A DNA stretch of 64,000 nucleotides from Octopus sinensis. Lineage: Eukaryota. Of this stretch, positions 50,911 through 64,000 are shown in pieces. The translations under genes and the position numbers were made by a program. The notes beneath the pieces were generated by a model. It worked only from the letters and a program-made list of their open reading frames with translations. It ran no database searches and was not told where the DNA came from. How positions within the stretch are numbered: position 1 is the stretch's first letter; each line of letters starts with the position of its first letter. The stretch is from the NCBI RefSeq assembly GCF_006345805.1, contig NC_043004.1, positions 86,676,001 to 86,740,000 on the forward strand, read 5' to 3'.

Positions 50911-53900
50911 CTAATAGAAGAGAAAATACATGAAGATTACATTACATTGTGTAAACTAAATAGAATTCAAGATATAACTGCAAAGAAAGATTAGACATAT
51001 TAGGTTATATTTATATTCAATGACAATAAATGTTTCTTGTGGGAGAGATTTAAAAAACAGAAAAATAATGAAAAATTAGTGAATGAATCGAAAAGTGAGA
51101 AAGAGATGGAAACATTAACATTCATTTTTTAATTATTATTAAGTTTAAATACCTGAAAATCAAATGTTAATTAAGGAGGTGAAATTACTAAATGCTTAAA
51201 AGAAAATGGGATTTTAGAATTTAGAAATGAAAAATGAAAACTGAAAATTAAAAATTAAATCTTCCCATTAATTGAAACCAACATTTCCCAAGATCTCATG
51301 TTTACATTAACAAGATATCATATGCATTTCAAACTTGAAGATAAACATAAAACATAACTGAATTTACATAGCTCTTCAATTCATTTTAGCCACTGTGCCT
51401 AAGGCCATGCTGGAGTTTCTAAAATAAAATAGAATAATGAATTCTTATTCAAATGAAAAAAAGTTCACCCAATTATAAAATAAAATACAATTTAACCTTT
51501 TTTTTTTATATACCAACACTTTTAAGTATTCAACTTTAAACTAATCATCATAATTTTATTTAAGAATTTTTTGTTATGCTTCAACCAACAGCTTATCTTA
51601 CTAAATCCTTCCAAATTCTAGTTAGTTTAGTAAATAAATGCAACACAGTATTTATTAGAAATATGATATAAGAAAATTCTCAAAAAGATTAGTAACATTT
51701 TGTTTGTGTGTGTATTTAATACTGGCTATTTATTCAAATTTAAGTTTTTAATTTCACATCAAATAAGAAAATCAGATTTCAATAAACTTATTGAGTTCAA
51801 ATTTATATATTTCTCATTTTAATGAGTGATATATAAAATTTAAAATGTGTTTGTAGCCATCTTCACATAAATATTTTAAAATCTAGTCAAAATATTGGTA
51901 AAGTTTTTGAATAATTTACTTTTCACCCACAGCTGTGCTAAAGACATTAACACAAACAGCATAATTATCACCAAAACATTAATTACTATTTAAAACATGA
52001 CAAACAATAACATAGATGGCTGATATGAGATGACGAAGGGCCACAACCAGGAGCAAGATGATAGGATACTCATCTAATCCATACAAAGAAAAATTATTAT
52101 AAAATGACACTAATGATAATGAAGAGGATGACTTGGATTTTACCAACTAGCATTAATGTTGATGAAGTCAATTCTCTAGACACATTTCAAAATTTATGAA
52201 TTACAATAATATTCACTTTAAAAGTGAGATTTAAATTATCATCCAATTTCATTTCAAATAATTACAAAAACAAAAAAATCATTTAAGTTTAGAATTTTAT
52301 GGACATTAATCTACACAGTATTTCATCCGGTTTTGGTCTCCAGTATAGTACCAGACTTGATTTGAACTAGTGACTTAATTCTAAACTAAAGACATTTCTT
52401 TAATTAAAAAAAAAATTAGTTCAGGAAAAAAAAGTTCCAAATTCAAACTCAGTCAAGGACCATGTACAGAAGTAATCCACTAATGAGAATGAAAACACTT
52501 TACATATAAAGTATGACAAGGGATTAATTGTACAATCTCAACTCACTGAAGCATTTAAAATTACTTATCCTAAAGTAGAAAATAAACCTCATATTTAATA
52601 TCCTCTATTATAGATGTTTATCAAACTTATCAGTAATACTTTTATGTCAGTAAATATTTGAAGTATGATAAAAAAAGGGGAAAAGGAATAAAATCTATTT
52701 TCCCCTTCTTCATTGAGTAAAGAAAGATATTCTAATTGGCTACAATTTAGATGTTGAGAAATTTTTTCCCTCCAGTCATCAAAACCACTTTAATAACTAT
52801 TCATTATCAATTTCAAAATATCAAATAACCTTTTAAAAAATCTGGACAAGAATTTTGACCGGTGAATTAAATAATAAACTGTCTCAATAAGATCTAACAT
52901 AAAGAACTGAATTTATTCCAAACTATCAGTAATCCATTACACAAATAAGGTGGACGTTAAACGATGACGATAATGATAAGGGGCTAAATTAAAAGGTTCC
53001 TATTGATAACCTTACAGAATTAATGCAATGAAATAACTAAAAAAAAAAAATAGTAAACAATAAACACATAACATGCTGAAACAAACTGTGCCCAATAAAA
53101 ATGCACATTTAATATGAAAACTGATTTAATTTATAAATTTACAATTACTTGGAATTTACTAATGTAAAAAGCATTTAGGTGTAAAGATACTCATGCATTT
53201 TCATTTAGATAAGGGGTAATGTAGTAAGGAGGTGGTGGGAAACTATTTCCAAGAATTGAATAAAGATCAACAATGCTCATCTATGTACAAATCTAAACAA
53301 AACTTTTGATGTTTGCAACCTCATTACAGCTAACCAAATCTATTCTTAAGAACTAGGAGTAAAGTTCTACAGAGCATTTTCTTTTAATATTTATTTATTT
53401 GAAAATTTCAAAAGAGTTCCTTCATTATTTTTTTTAATGAAAAGTTTTGAACATGTTCCTTCAGAAGTTATTTTGAAATAAAAAATTTTCAGAATTAACT
53501 GACATTTTATATTTTATTGAGGCTTTATCAGTATCTGTGGCATTACTACATTTTCAAAAGTGATTGAAGGACATAGAATAAACCGGAATCCATAAGCTAT
53601 CTTGAAAATGGAAATCTATGGTCTGAATATTTGCAACAGAGTGGATTGTTAAAGGCACGCAAGGGCAGGATGACAGTATTAAACTGAAAAATAGACTAAA
53701 TCTAAACCAAAGCCAAGGTCTGGGTCTTTAGGTTCATTCATTACACACTTTTTCAGAACTATTCAATATACATCAAAGACAATTATACCATTACTATGAG
53801 ACACATCTCAATTCTAATTAAAGTCACTTCAAATGTTGGAGCAATTTCAAAATGTAACAGAACAGTCACTAAAGATTTAATATCAAAATAATGGAGAAAA

Positions 53901-54099
53901 CACAAAAATCAAACAATTTGAGTGACATAAGTTCATTTGCTTCCCTTCCTTACTTTGGTTTTGCTGTAGGTTGTCAGTTACTATGCATTATGGATATATC
54001 TGGGTATACACTAATTTTACTAACATGATTCAGAACAGACTGTTATTGTGGTCCCTATATGCATGTGGGTGCACATGCATGCACAAAAGAATCACTATT

Positions 54100-54390
54100 G
54101 TTTTACATCCATTTTCCCATACATAAGTCAGATGGGAATTTGATAATGTCACATGATGCAATCCTTTGTCACCTACTTTGTGAGGTTCAAAATCCCAAGA
54201 TTAGCCTCTACCATTTCAAATGTCTTCCTATTCTGCAAGTTCCCTCTTCTTGCATCAATTCACACCCCTTTACACAGCGGTCACATTTTATATAGATCAT
54301 ATATCTATTCCAACAGTTTCCCCTCTTTCACACTACAGCTTATTTCTTTCATACACATCACCATCACTTGTACATCTGTTGTCTACATAG
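54100..54390 (-). mobile_element. RTE LINE 3' end fragment
   Basis: CVKGCELMQEEGTCRIGR...; ends ATGGGAAAATGGATGTAAAA. Confidence 0.55.
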
Positions 54391-56599
54391 CATGGTATAG
54401 GTTTGATTGAACTTATTGAGACAGCATTTTAAAGTTGAATGCAGGCACACAGGATACCTTCTCTGAAAAACAGAATCACATATTCTGCAAATACACAAAC
54501 ATACATATACACATATGCATACATACACATACGTACATTTACTAAACTTTTCTAAATCTATTGGCACACTGTAGTTAACAGTATCATTGTTAATATGTTG
54601 AAACCACAGAATTTCATTCAACAGCTGATAAGGGGAAAGCTGTATCCTCATTTGATTTTTCTAAGTTCTACTCATTTTACATTCTCCATGCTTTATTTCT
54701 TTCTAATGCAATGCAGATTTCATTACTTAACATTGTAGCTTATATGCACTCTCTTGCTTTCTTTGTCCGCTCTTATTTTCTTTTTCTTTCTTTCCTTCTC
54801 TCAATTTCTCTCTCTCTCTGAAGCTAGTGTGGTCCTGTTGTTAATGTGCTAAAACCACATTAGTTCATTCAACAGTTGATGAGAGAATATTAGTATCCTT
54901 GTTTGTGGTTTTCCATATCCCATTCATCTGACTGATCTCTCCTACTTCTCTATATACACACATACATATGCTGACATACAATATAAGTATATACACATAC
55001 ATATGCTGATATACATATAAACGTATATACATATATACATTCACAAACATCCCCAGATACATACATGTGCATACACATCTCAATCTTATCTGTTTTCTCT
55101 GCTTGCTCTCAGTATCTACAGAGAGTAAGTACTTTCATAGGTCATATGCTTCACTTTTGATTGTATCACTAATCAGAATGTACAGGATGCATTTATTGTG
55201 GTACAAGCAATAAAGAGGTTGCTATGTACTTGACATGAAAAGACTGTATACACATAAATGCACATACATCTGTACACACACACATATGCACAGACATGTA
55301 TGTATATATCATCATTTAACATCCGCTTTCCATGCTGATACATAAAAAATATCATGCAGACTCAGATCTTACACCAGCTGAGATGTATAAGCAGCTCAGA
55401 GGACAAGAATATCTCCAAATCTCTCTTTGGGATGCCAGTCTAATGCATGATTAATTCTAACCATTTTTTCCATGCTAGCATGAGTTAGATGGGTCATCAT
55501 ATTTATTCTTTTTAGAAGTTACTACTCATTTAGATAGTTTGTAAGACCATGTCTCAGCCAAACATTTCATATTTAGCTTGTTTTCTATAGCTGTACACCA
55601 TTCCTATCACCAACCACTTTACAGAATGTACTGGCTGCATTTCAGTACACTGTTGCCATGTCCTCGATAAGACTGAAGAGTCATCTCAACTCCACATTGT
55701 CTGCTCATTTGCCTGCTACTTTACAGAGTGTAGTGAGCATTATTTTATTAAGACTTAAGTGCTCACAAGGCTGTCTAAAAACTGAAGATTTATCACTATT
55801 CTGTGTGATCGTGTCCTCAATGGCCCAGACAAAGACGAATAAAAGAGAATTTGATGACAGAAGAGGGGATGGACAAATGAAAGGGACAATGTAGAAACCA
55901 TGCAAAAACTGGAAGGTTTTGATTGAATCATTAGCCAATGTTTTTTAGAAAGGCAACTCCAAATAATTATTCTGATCAGAATGATCCATCCAACCTGTAC
56001 TTAGCAAGGAAAGTATACATAAAATTATGAATATTTTATTAACTCAGTGATGCTTTATACTCATACAACTTTGTGAATACATTCTTTCATAGCAACTGTA
56101 CTGTTATAACGCATCACCTGATTAAGAAAAGTAATATCAACTTTGCATAAATAATATAGCACATACTATGTTCAGTTAAAACTGCCCAGGTAGGTGTGTA
56201 TCGTTTTAATGTCTACTTTTCCCATGCTGGCATAGGAACTTAAGACAGATTTCCTACATCAGGAGGCCCTTCTTGTCAACTGTTTCCACAAAAAGTACTT
56301 TTTCCCCTAAGTCTTTTGAACAACCCATTTGACAGCTAGGAAGATATCAACAAAGACACTGCCTAAATGGTAAAATTACTACAATGAATACACAGCTAGG
56401 GATATTTTTGCAGCAGGTGTAAACAATGATACTGTCTACACAGTGACATTACTTACAGAACACACATACACTAAGGGATCCCTAAAGCTATAATAGAAGC
56501 TAGTTGCCCAGTGCCAGACAGTGTGAAAAAACATGAAATTATAAATGATGTGAAGCAAAATTCTTAACCACACCAACATACATCAATATAATCATACAA

Positions 56600-56830
56600 T
56601 ACACACACACACACAGAGGAAGATGGACACAAATATACCCATATACCAATGCAGGTATGATTGTATGGATACAGAGGTTGCTTCGTGACTGCATGGCTTT
56701 GAATTCTATCTCACCACATAGTACCTTGGACAAGTGTCCTTTCCTACAGCTTTGGCCAACCAATGATTTGTTGAAATGGTAGACAAAAACGGTATGAAAG
56801 CTCATCATGTGTGTGTGCATGTGCGGATGT
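56600..56830 (-). mobile_element. SINE family B head fragment
   Basis: Reverse complement TACCGTTTTTGTCTACCATTTCAACAAATCATTGGTTGGCC...ACTTGTCCAAGGTACTATGTGGTGAGATAGAATTC matches the antisense-type reading of the head; decayed, orientation uncertain. Confidence 0.45.
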
Positions 56831-57104
56831 TGATATTCTCCAACTTCACATGACACTAGCTGAGAAAAGGACAAGGACGTCTAGTTCCTGTAACTAATAC
56901 ATCCCATAACTTTGTTAGTCTGTACTTTTAAAAGCCAGTAGACTAAAAAAATATTACTTGAAAAACAGCTTGAGATTTTGTGGCAGGAGAGGCAGCCAGT
57001 CCAAAAATACTTCCTCAAACAAGTCTGTCTAACCTATACCAGTATGGAAAAATGGATGTAAAGTGAACAAACATAAAATTGCGCAAGTGCATGCATGGCT
57101 GGGG

Positions 57105-57400
57105 GTGGGGACTTAATAATTTGTGATTAGAATTAAGTGTTCGACATAAGATGATTAGGTTGTGGTTTTGATTCCCTGATCAGATGATACATTGTGGCCT
57201 TGAGTAAGGAACTTCATTGAGCAAGGAACTTCATTTCACTTAGCTCTAATCTACTCTGCTGGTGCATGTTTTCAGCTTTCAGCTGAGTAGGAGTTAACTC
57301 TGTGATGGACTAGCATACTGTCCAGTGAGAAATCTTGTATTCTCAGTTACTTAAATAGCACAAAACCAAGTTAAACTGTCCTAATGAACCTGTAAACTCA
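57105..57400 (+). mobile_element. Third SINE family (CORE/Meta-like central domain), decayed
   Basis: GTGGCCTTGAGTAAGGAACTTCA...CTGTGATGGACTAGCATACTGTCCAG...TCTCAGTTAC; the family name is tentative. Confidence 0.55.
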
Positions 57401-57499
57401 AATAGTCCTCAAGTATGTAAACAAACATGAATGCCATATATACAAGCCTATAATCTTCAAACAGATACAACCACAACAGGTTTCACCAAGCTGGACCAG

Positions 57500-58110
57500 A
57501 AATCTGTTTCCCATCAACTTTGACAAGCCTCAATTTCATATGTTTCTCTGCCGATATCATTAATGTGGTTGAGCAAACCTTGACCTCTACTTGTATGCAA
57601 GAAGTTGCCAAGATGTAACATCCAATATGGTCTGGTATTCAGCACAATAGCAGTAGCTAACAAGATATACTCCGCATTGAGATGGAATATAAACTTAAAT
57701 ATCTCCTCTTTCATTTTATACTTACACCATGAGATATTTTGAGACATCAAGGGTTCTCCATAGTCTAGGTTTTAGCTCTATACAGAATATTATCTACACA
57801 CATCCTAAAGGAAGCCAGCCTTGTTTACTTTGAAACAAGACTGCTAAATGTGAAGCTTGTTACTAGCACTCCTGGCTTGCCTCTTTCATTTCAGAAAGTC
57901 TTTCTGCTAGCCACCAACACAGGACCCAAGGTACTTGAAGTCACTAACCTTCTTGCGCTATGTGCCACTGTTACAATAAATTGTCAAGGAACTTTTGTCC
58001 TCCTTGATGATATGTACATTGAGAAACAGGCCAATCTTAGAAACAGCATCTACAATGGATGTTAAGAAGTCCTGTTGTGCACCATTCAGTTGATGAGCTG
58101 TGTAAGCTCA
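57500..58110 (-). mobile_element. LINE RT C-terminal fragment (RTE-like), decayed
   Basis: LTSIVDAVSKIGLFLNV, KKVSDFKYLGS and ILYRAKT*T (approximately LLYGAETWT). Confidence 0.65.
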
Positions 58111-58145
58111 TCATCATCATACTGAAGGTCAGGTAGATATATCAG

Positions 58146-58164
58146 ACGTGTGCGTGCGTGCGTG

Positions 58165-58212
<48 letters not shown>
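58146..58212. repeat. Compound (GTGC)n(TA)n(CA)n microsatellite
   Basis: Directly visible. Confidence 0.95.
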
Positions 58213-58215
<3 letters not shown>

Positions 58216-60834
58216 CCTGTGACTACTCTGGCATGGAGCCACTTAGATAATAAATCAATAATACCATTAAGCAGAGGATATGCACATGTTTGGTGCCCAC
58301 TAATTTTGATAACATTATCCATGATTATAATATACAGCTTCCAGTGTGTGTGTGTGAGTGAGATCACTCATGCTTACACATGCATTTTGATTTATTCCTA
58401 TGCTAGCCACAGAATAGAACTCTTGCTTCTACCTTTTTTTTCTTTCTTTTTTAGATTTCTAAATGTTTAACTTCTGTTTGATTGACAAATCTGACTTCAA
58501 TTTTGATACTTATTCATAATATTTTGTCATCATAGCTAAAGTTACATCATATCATCCAACCATTCGATTGATACCAAATTATCTTGAATTTTATTCTCAT
58601 ATACAAAATATAAACATGATACTACAATAGTAACTTCCAATTATATAAGTGACAAACTTGCTTTGATTGGTAACAACTGCTTTAGTTCACCAATAATTTG
58701 GGTTAATACATGAATGTAATAAACTCATTTTCTTGCCACTGCTGTAGAATTTTTTCAACTATCACTATTTAGTTTGAAGTGTTCAGCTCATTATTTTGCA
58801 ATTAACCATCTTAGATTTCTGACACCAGAATCAGGACCCACAGCTAAAGGAAGTAGTGGGATGTTGTTCACATGTGTTGCTTGTGTCAATTATCGCTTAA
58901 TTCTCAAAACAGATTTTTATATATGTCACGGTGGTAACACTGAAAAAAGCTTCTAAGGTTTACATGATTAACTCTACAGAAAAAAACTAGTGTTAGTTAA
59001 TAAAAATTGTTACTAACCAGTATTAATATAACTTTTTACTAACAGGGCCAAATTTCATTTGACAACTGAGATTTGTAACTAACACATGAAGTTAAACTCT
59101 AGAGTAAATACTCAACTATTTTGATACAATAGATAACTAGTCAAATTATTTTAATTTAAAATAATAACACATTTTCAAGTTTGAGTGTTCATATATGTCT
59201 ATTTTCTAATGAGCACTTAACATTTTGTTTTAGATGTTGAAAGGAGTCTATTTAATGATTGGTATTTGAAGAACAAATCAATGGATACAAGGACTAATTA
59301 AGTAATTAACTTATTGCAAAGATGAAATAGCAGGAAAGTACTACAAAACAGCAAACCCATACTTTCAATTTGGATAGTTTAGCATACACATTTTATCACA
59401 ATTCTGAAACACTTATCCAATACAGAAATTGATACACATATACCAATAAATTAAAACTATTTTCTCCCCCTCTCTATAGTTGCCTATTATTGAAAATATT
59501 ATAGCATGAAGTTTAGAGTTCAATTTAATATGCAACTTTGATAATTCCAGTTAATGAACTTAATGACGAATGTGTATTTTGCAGACTAAAGAACTGATCA
59601 AATATAACAATTATGTACATGTAAAGTTAGGAAGGTCATCAAGCAACAAGAACTGCCAAAAGAGACAGTGAAGCATGATACAGTCCTTGGACTGATCAGA
59701 TCTTGTCAAAACATCCAACTCATGCCAGCATAGAACATGGACATTAAATGACAATTACATTTCATTGTCTGTTTGTTTGTTTTTTTAACTAAGCAGGGGT
59801 TTTTTTTTAATGTTTTAAGTCTTGTATACTGGTATCCTTTGGACTAATTTTAAAAATGGATTAGCTTTTTTTCAAATGGTAATATGCACTAAAACAAAAA
59901 ACAAAAAAAAAAAAAATCAAAAGAATACATTTGTAGATTCTATTTAATCTGTTAACATTATTAAACCTGAAGTCACATGCATGTTTTAAGAAAATAATTT
60001 GGTTAGATTTTATGTTTGTAAGCTACAACACATTAACAACATTTTCTACTTCACTAAGTAAATGAAGCTGTTTATATACAAAAACAAAAAAAAGAAAGTA
60101 AAAAAGGATTTATATTTAACCTTTATCAGCTGTTTAACAAATTTTCAAGAATAAACTTTATCAAATCATATAAAATTGATACAAGTTTGAAAAAAATATA
60201 TTAAAACAAAAAAATTAAAATAACATGTAGAGATATCTACCAATCATTTTGTGCTAACATTAACACAAAATATGTATTATTCTATGTAAAGAAACTATAT
60301 GGGACAGCATTAGTGTTTAAAGCAAGCTAAGGTAAGACTGAAAGGACTGGTTCATCAATATGCTAATATTAAATTAAAGGGAGTTTTGGGTTCAGTCAAA
60401 ACAAAGCATTTTAGTCAGATATTCTTGGTACCAATTACTTTTGTAAACTGCATTTAATTTAAATTCCTTTATTAAATCTCCACCACGTTCAGCCTTCACA
60501 AAGATATAAGTTTTTAAAACTTTATCAATAAATTTCACCAACATATGAATGTTACTTAGAATATGTAATTATATTTTCATACTTTAAACTAAATTCTTAT
60601 AATAAAGTTTGAAAAAAAATTTGCTATTGTCATATCTAACACATTATATAACCACAACAATAAGAAATGTATTTTTTAAAAGCTTAGGCAGGAAGATAAT
60701 ACGTACTCATTACATTTTTCAGGGCTAAGATGACTTAAGTTAAGTTAGACTAAATATCTGACCCGTATGTTTGCAAAGGAGTGGACTCTGCTAAAAGCAT
60801 CCGAAGATCACTTGGTAGTGTTAAACCAATCAAT

Positions 60835-61028
60835 AGATTGAGTCTCTCACCTCAAAAAATAAGAACAGTCTTTCTGACACTCTTCCAGTTTCCAGCTGCC
60901 AAATTTCACTTGAAAAAACTTTGACCCAAGGCTATAGAAGTCATTTGCCAATATTGCTGTATACTGGAATCAATCACAGAATCACATAATTGCAAGGTAA
61001 AATTCCTAATCTCACAGCCATGCCTAAA
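60835..61028 (-). mobile_element. SINE family B head fragment
   Basis: Reverse complement GGCATGGCTGTGAGATTAGG...CTTCTATAGCCTTGGGTCAAAG...GGAAACTGGAAGAGTG. Confidence 0.55.
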
Positions 61029-62318
61029 GTATAAACTTTAGCCTCTGCCCAATCTTTGATAAGATAATACAAGCAATTTATTATCTGGTGACCACAAAAA
61101 TAATTATACACATTGAAGTGAATGAAATCTACAAATACAACCAAGTTTACAAAATAGGCTATCTAAAAAGAATTCAAAATTACAAACTGTAAAAGATTTT
61201 AATTATTTAAAAATTCTTAATGTAGAAATTGATACTTTAAGTCAGCAGAAAATAGCAGACAGACAATATACTACATAAGAAAAAGCTTAGAGATAATTAT
61301 CACAATCTTTAACCAAACTATTACCAAATATCTGACCCAAATGCCCTCAAAAGTGCAGACACTGCTAAAGGAATCCAAACTTCTTTTTTACACAATCTAA
61401 CAATCAGAAAACTCTGCAGAATGAATTTTATTCAATTCAGACATAGGAAAAATATTGTTTTGCAGATTATTTTATGTAATCACTCTAACAGTACTTTTTA
61501 ACAGAATATCATGAAATTATTATTGTCAAATATATTAAAGTTTGTGCTTTCCATAAATACTGGTGAAACCTTTCTTGGGACATTATAACTATCATAATTT
61601 CAAATTTTACAAATAAACTAACAATCAGCAGTGGATTTGTTAATGAGCTGTCTTGTTATCAAAGATGAAATTTATATACTTTCTGAACAAGCTTTATAAT
61701 GACGAATGCACCTAACACCAACTTCAATAAAATCAAGCCAATGCTGGAGCCTCTATGCAATCTTTCAACCAGCTCGCCATAGCAGTCAAACCTAATTCTA
61801 GGCCTAGTCTTTTGGCTGACTAATTACACACTATAGATTTACACTCTCAAAACTAACCTGGAGCTACACAGCAAATTCAATGAAATTCAATATTTCAAGA
61901 AATCACTTTATCAATATAGAAATAACAATATAGAGGGGGGGGGGTGAAAATAAGAAACAAAAATAAGTTTCTTGGGCATATTTCAATACAAATTTCAGTC
62001 ACTTATACACACATATTTGACAGCTTTTGAACTACCATGCTAGTCTTGATAAATCATTAACTCATAAAAAGAACAGCCAATCAGTCTTAAACAGAAACAA
62101 CTGATTACACTTTAAACTAATAAAAACTGCTGTGTTTTTATAACTGTTCCTTACATAGGCAGAAGGTCAGAAATGCTTTGTGAGAAAAAATATTAACATT
62201 AAGTTTAGTACCAATGTGTTATAGGTTCATTTGAGATAGGAAAGTGAAGTTCGTTAGTAAAACAGCTTTAAATTTCTGAAAAATATTAGAAACGTATGGA
62301 TTTTTAAACATAATTTTA

Positions 62319-63495
62319 CAGGATTTCCCTCACTCAAATCTGTCATCATCATCCTCAATCTCTACAATGTCAATCTCAAATTCATCATCATCATCAACCT
62401 CAATTTTCATTACATTGTCTGTTTTGATTTTATCATCAGCTTAAATGTCATCACTTTAGGTAGGAGGGAGGTAAGTATTCTTTTTTTTTTTATATGTACC
62501 AACATTGTCACAGAATTACAAAAAACATATAAACATTAAAAATGTTTTTTGAAGGATTACAAGGTTTGCATCATAAAAATTGCCACAGCTTACATTACTG
62601 TAAATATACATATGTTCAATACAAATGAGCTGATGCTACATAAAAAACATCCAGTCCACATTGTAAAATGGTTGGTGTTTGGGAGGGCATCCAGCTGTAA
62701 AAACCTTGCCAAAACTGACCTTGCCTGTGCTTGTGCCACATAAAAAGCAGTTAGTCCACTCTGTTAAGAAGGGCAACAAGCCATAAAAAACCCTCCCAAA
62801 ACAGACACAGAAGTTTGGTGCAGGCTCCTGCCTGGCCAGCTTCTGTCAAACTGTCCAAACCATGCCAGCATGGAAAGCAGACGTTAAATGATGATAATGA
62901 TATGTAATATACATACATACACACAACACAAAAGACCAAAATGAATTAACCTTATATTCATTATTCCCATTTCTTAACTATTACATCAACCACAACTTTG
63001 GTCTCAGCTTAGAGTCAATATATCTATGTATATAAATTATACTGACTAGCACAAGGCTGACCTTGATTACCAAAGATGATTGTGCTGGATTTATGAGAGT
63101 TAAATGGGAATAACACATAAACAGTTATTTATTTTTGTCTTTGTTGTATTGCATATATGTATATACTATGTAGTTTTACATACATCTAATGTACTAACTG
63201 TATTGCATATTTTTGATAATATAAGGTGTGGTAATTTTTATTACACAAACCTTGTAATCCATCATAAAACTTTTTAATGTTTACATTACAATTATGCGAT
63301 AAGAAATCACTGATATCAATGTTTGTACATGAAAATAAATGGTCCATCCCTCAGAGAAAACATTTAAGATGATGACAACATTAAAGTTGATAATGACAAT
63401 GTAATCAAAACTAATAATGAAATGATACTAATGATGATATGTTGACATTGACAAGACTAAGGTCAAAAAAGGAAAATTTGCGGGGAAAAACCCTG
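62319..63495. mobile_element. Putative non-autonomous DNA transposon with long (~310-350 bp) imperfect inverted arms, TA-flanked
   Basis: TA|CAGGATTTCCC ... GGGAAAAACCCTG|TA. Arms 62319-62625 and 63143-63495 align as reverse complements (e.g. CAAACCTTGTAATCC, TTTTTAATGTTTA, CATTTAAG.TGATGA, GACAATGTAAT). Confidence 0.6.
62640..62905 (+). mobile_element. SINE/RTE tail inserted in the spacer of the long-arm element
   Basis: GAGGGCATCCAGCTGTAAAAACCTTGCC...CATGCCAGCATGGAAAGCAGACGTTAAATGATGATAATGAT. Confidence 0.75.
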
Positions 63496-63680
63496 TAATA
63501 GTGAATTTAAATGTCATCACAATGAGAGTATATAAAATGTATGAACAAAATTCTTATAAAAATCGTGGTGGAATAAAATTAACCAAAAATTAAATAAAAT
63601 TCAAGTCAATACTAATTAAGTAACCTAAGAATAATAATTAAAATAGCAGATTTGATAAATAAATTATAAAATGATTAAGA

Positions 63681-63748
<68 letters not shown>

Positions 63749-63894
63749 GAGAGAGGTGCACACACACATACATAATGTATAATAATAATGTTCGTCCTTC
63801 GGGTTCGAAGATGACCATTGACATCATTTGGTGGAATTGCTGCTATGAGACCGGAGGTGGCTGGTGAGGCCAATCCGGGCAAGAAACCCGCTCC

Positions 63895-63968
<74 letters not shown>

Positions 63969-63990
63969 TGTACATACATGCACCACAGAA
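63681..63990. repeat. Compound (TG)n(TA)n(GA)n(CA)n microsatellites flanking the RTE fragment
   Basis: Directly visible at 63681-63775 and 63896-63990. Confidence 0.95.
63778..63895 (-). mobile_element. Severely 5'-truncated RTE-BovB-like LINE 3' end with (ATT)n tail
   Basis: The minus frame reads GFLARIGLTSHLRSHSSNSTK* (end of a C2H2-type finger, RIGLxSHLRxH), followed by GGTCATCTTCGAACCCGAAGGACGAAC and ATTATTATT. Confidence 0.7.
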
Positions 63991-64000
63991 TATAGGCAAC

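Noticed and set aside
54700-54820. K/E/R-rich minus-strand frame as an upstream WAC exon
   Set aside because: Derived from a (CT)n/CTTT low-complexity tract, with weak splice sites.
26480-61028. tRNA-like A/B-box sequences as tRNA genes
   Set aside because: All are heads of decayed SINEs with no complete cloverleaf.
62330-62440. Acidic peptide (DDDDEFEIDIVEIEDDDD) as a coding exon
   Set aside because: Bounded by stops, lacks splice sites, and is part of an inverted-repeat arm.
63664-63999. ORFs 63664..63999 and 63682..63867
   Set aside because: Translations of dinucleotide microsatellites (YIYI, CVCV, RERE) around a short LINE end.
1-64000. CRISPR-like arrays, operons or other prokaryote-type systems
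   Set aside because: No regularly spaced direct repeats or compact gene clusters; the sequence is eukaryotic intronic DNA.

Overview
Eukaryotic, AT-rich, intron-dominated DNA. The repeat families (tRNA-derived SINEs with ATG/ATT tails, RTE LINEs, CA/TA microsatellites) resemble those of a coleoid cephalopod, probably Octopus; this is an inference from recalled repeat sequences, not a search. One host gene is supported: WAC (WW domain-containing adaptor with coiled-coil) on the minus strand. I reconstructed eight phase-consistent GT-AG coding exons, in transcript order 50759-50910, 34949-35076 (WW domain), 31047-31123, 25301-25639, 5911-5979, 2374-2551, 2049-2226 and 1380-1507. The first and last exons appear to lie outside the window. 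The introns hold many dead mobile elements: a 3-kb Academ-type DNA transposon (transposase + XPG-like nuclease + Cys-rich finger, TAG...CTA ends), three mariners with TIRs, a decayed Tc1/mariner, a pogo/Tigger remnant, TTAA-type MITE pieces, RTE LINE fragments and many SINEs. Almost all ORFs in the supplied track are spurious, transposon debris or wrong-frame readings of exons. I found no CRISPR array, rRNA or true tRNA, and no clearly new multi-gene system. The most interesting unexplained or under-described items are a TA-flanked element with ~310-350 bp inverted arms (62319-63495), the Academ element, a young RTE-BovB-like 3' end, a SINE dimer with a triplicated target site, and inverted-repeat dsRNA substrates and competing splice sites in the WAC pre-mRNA.
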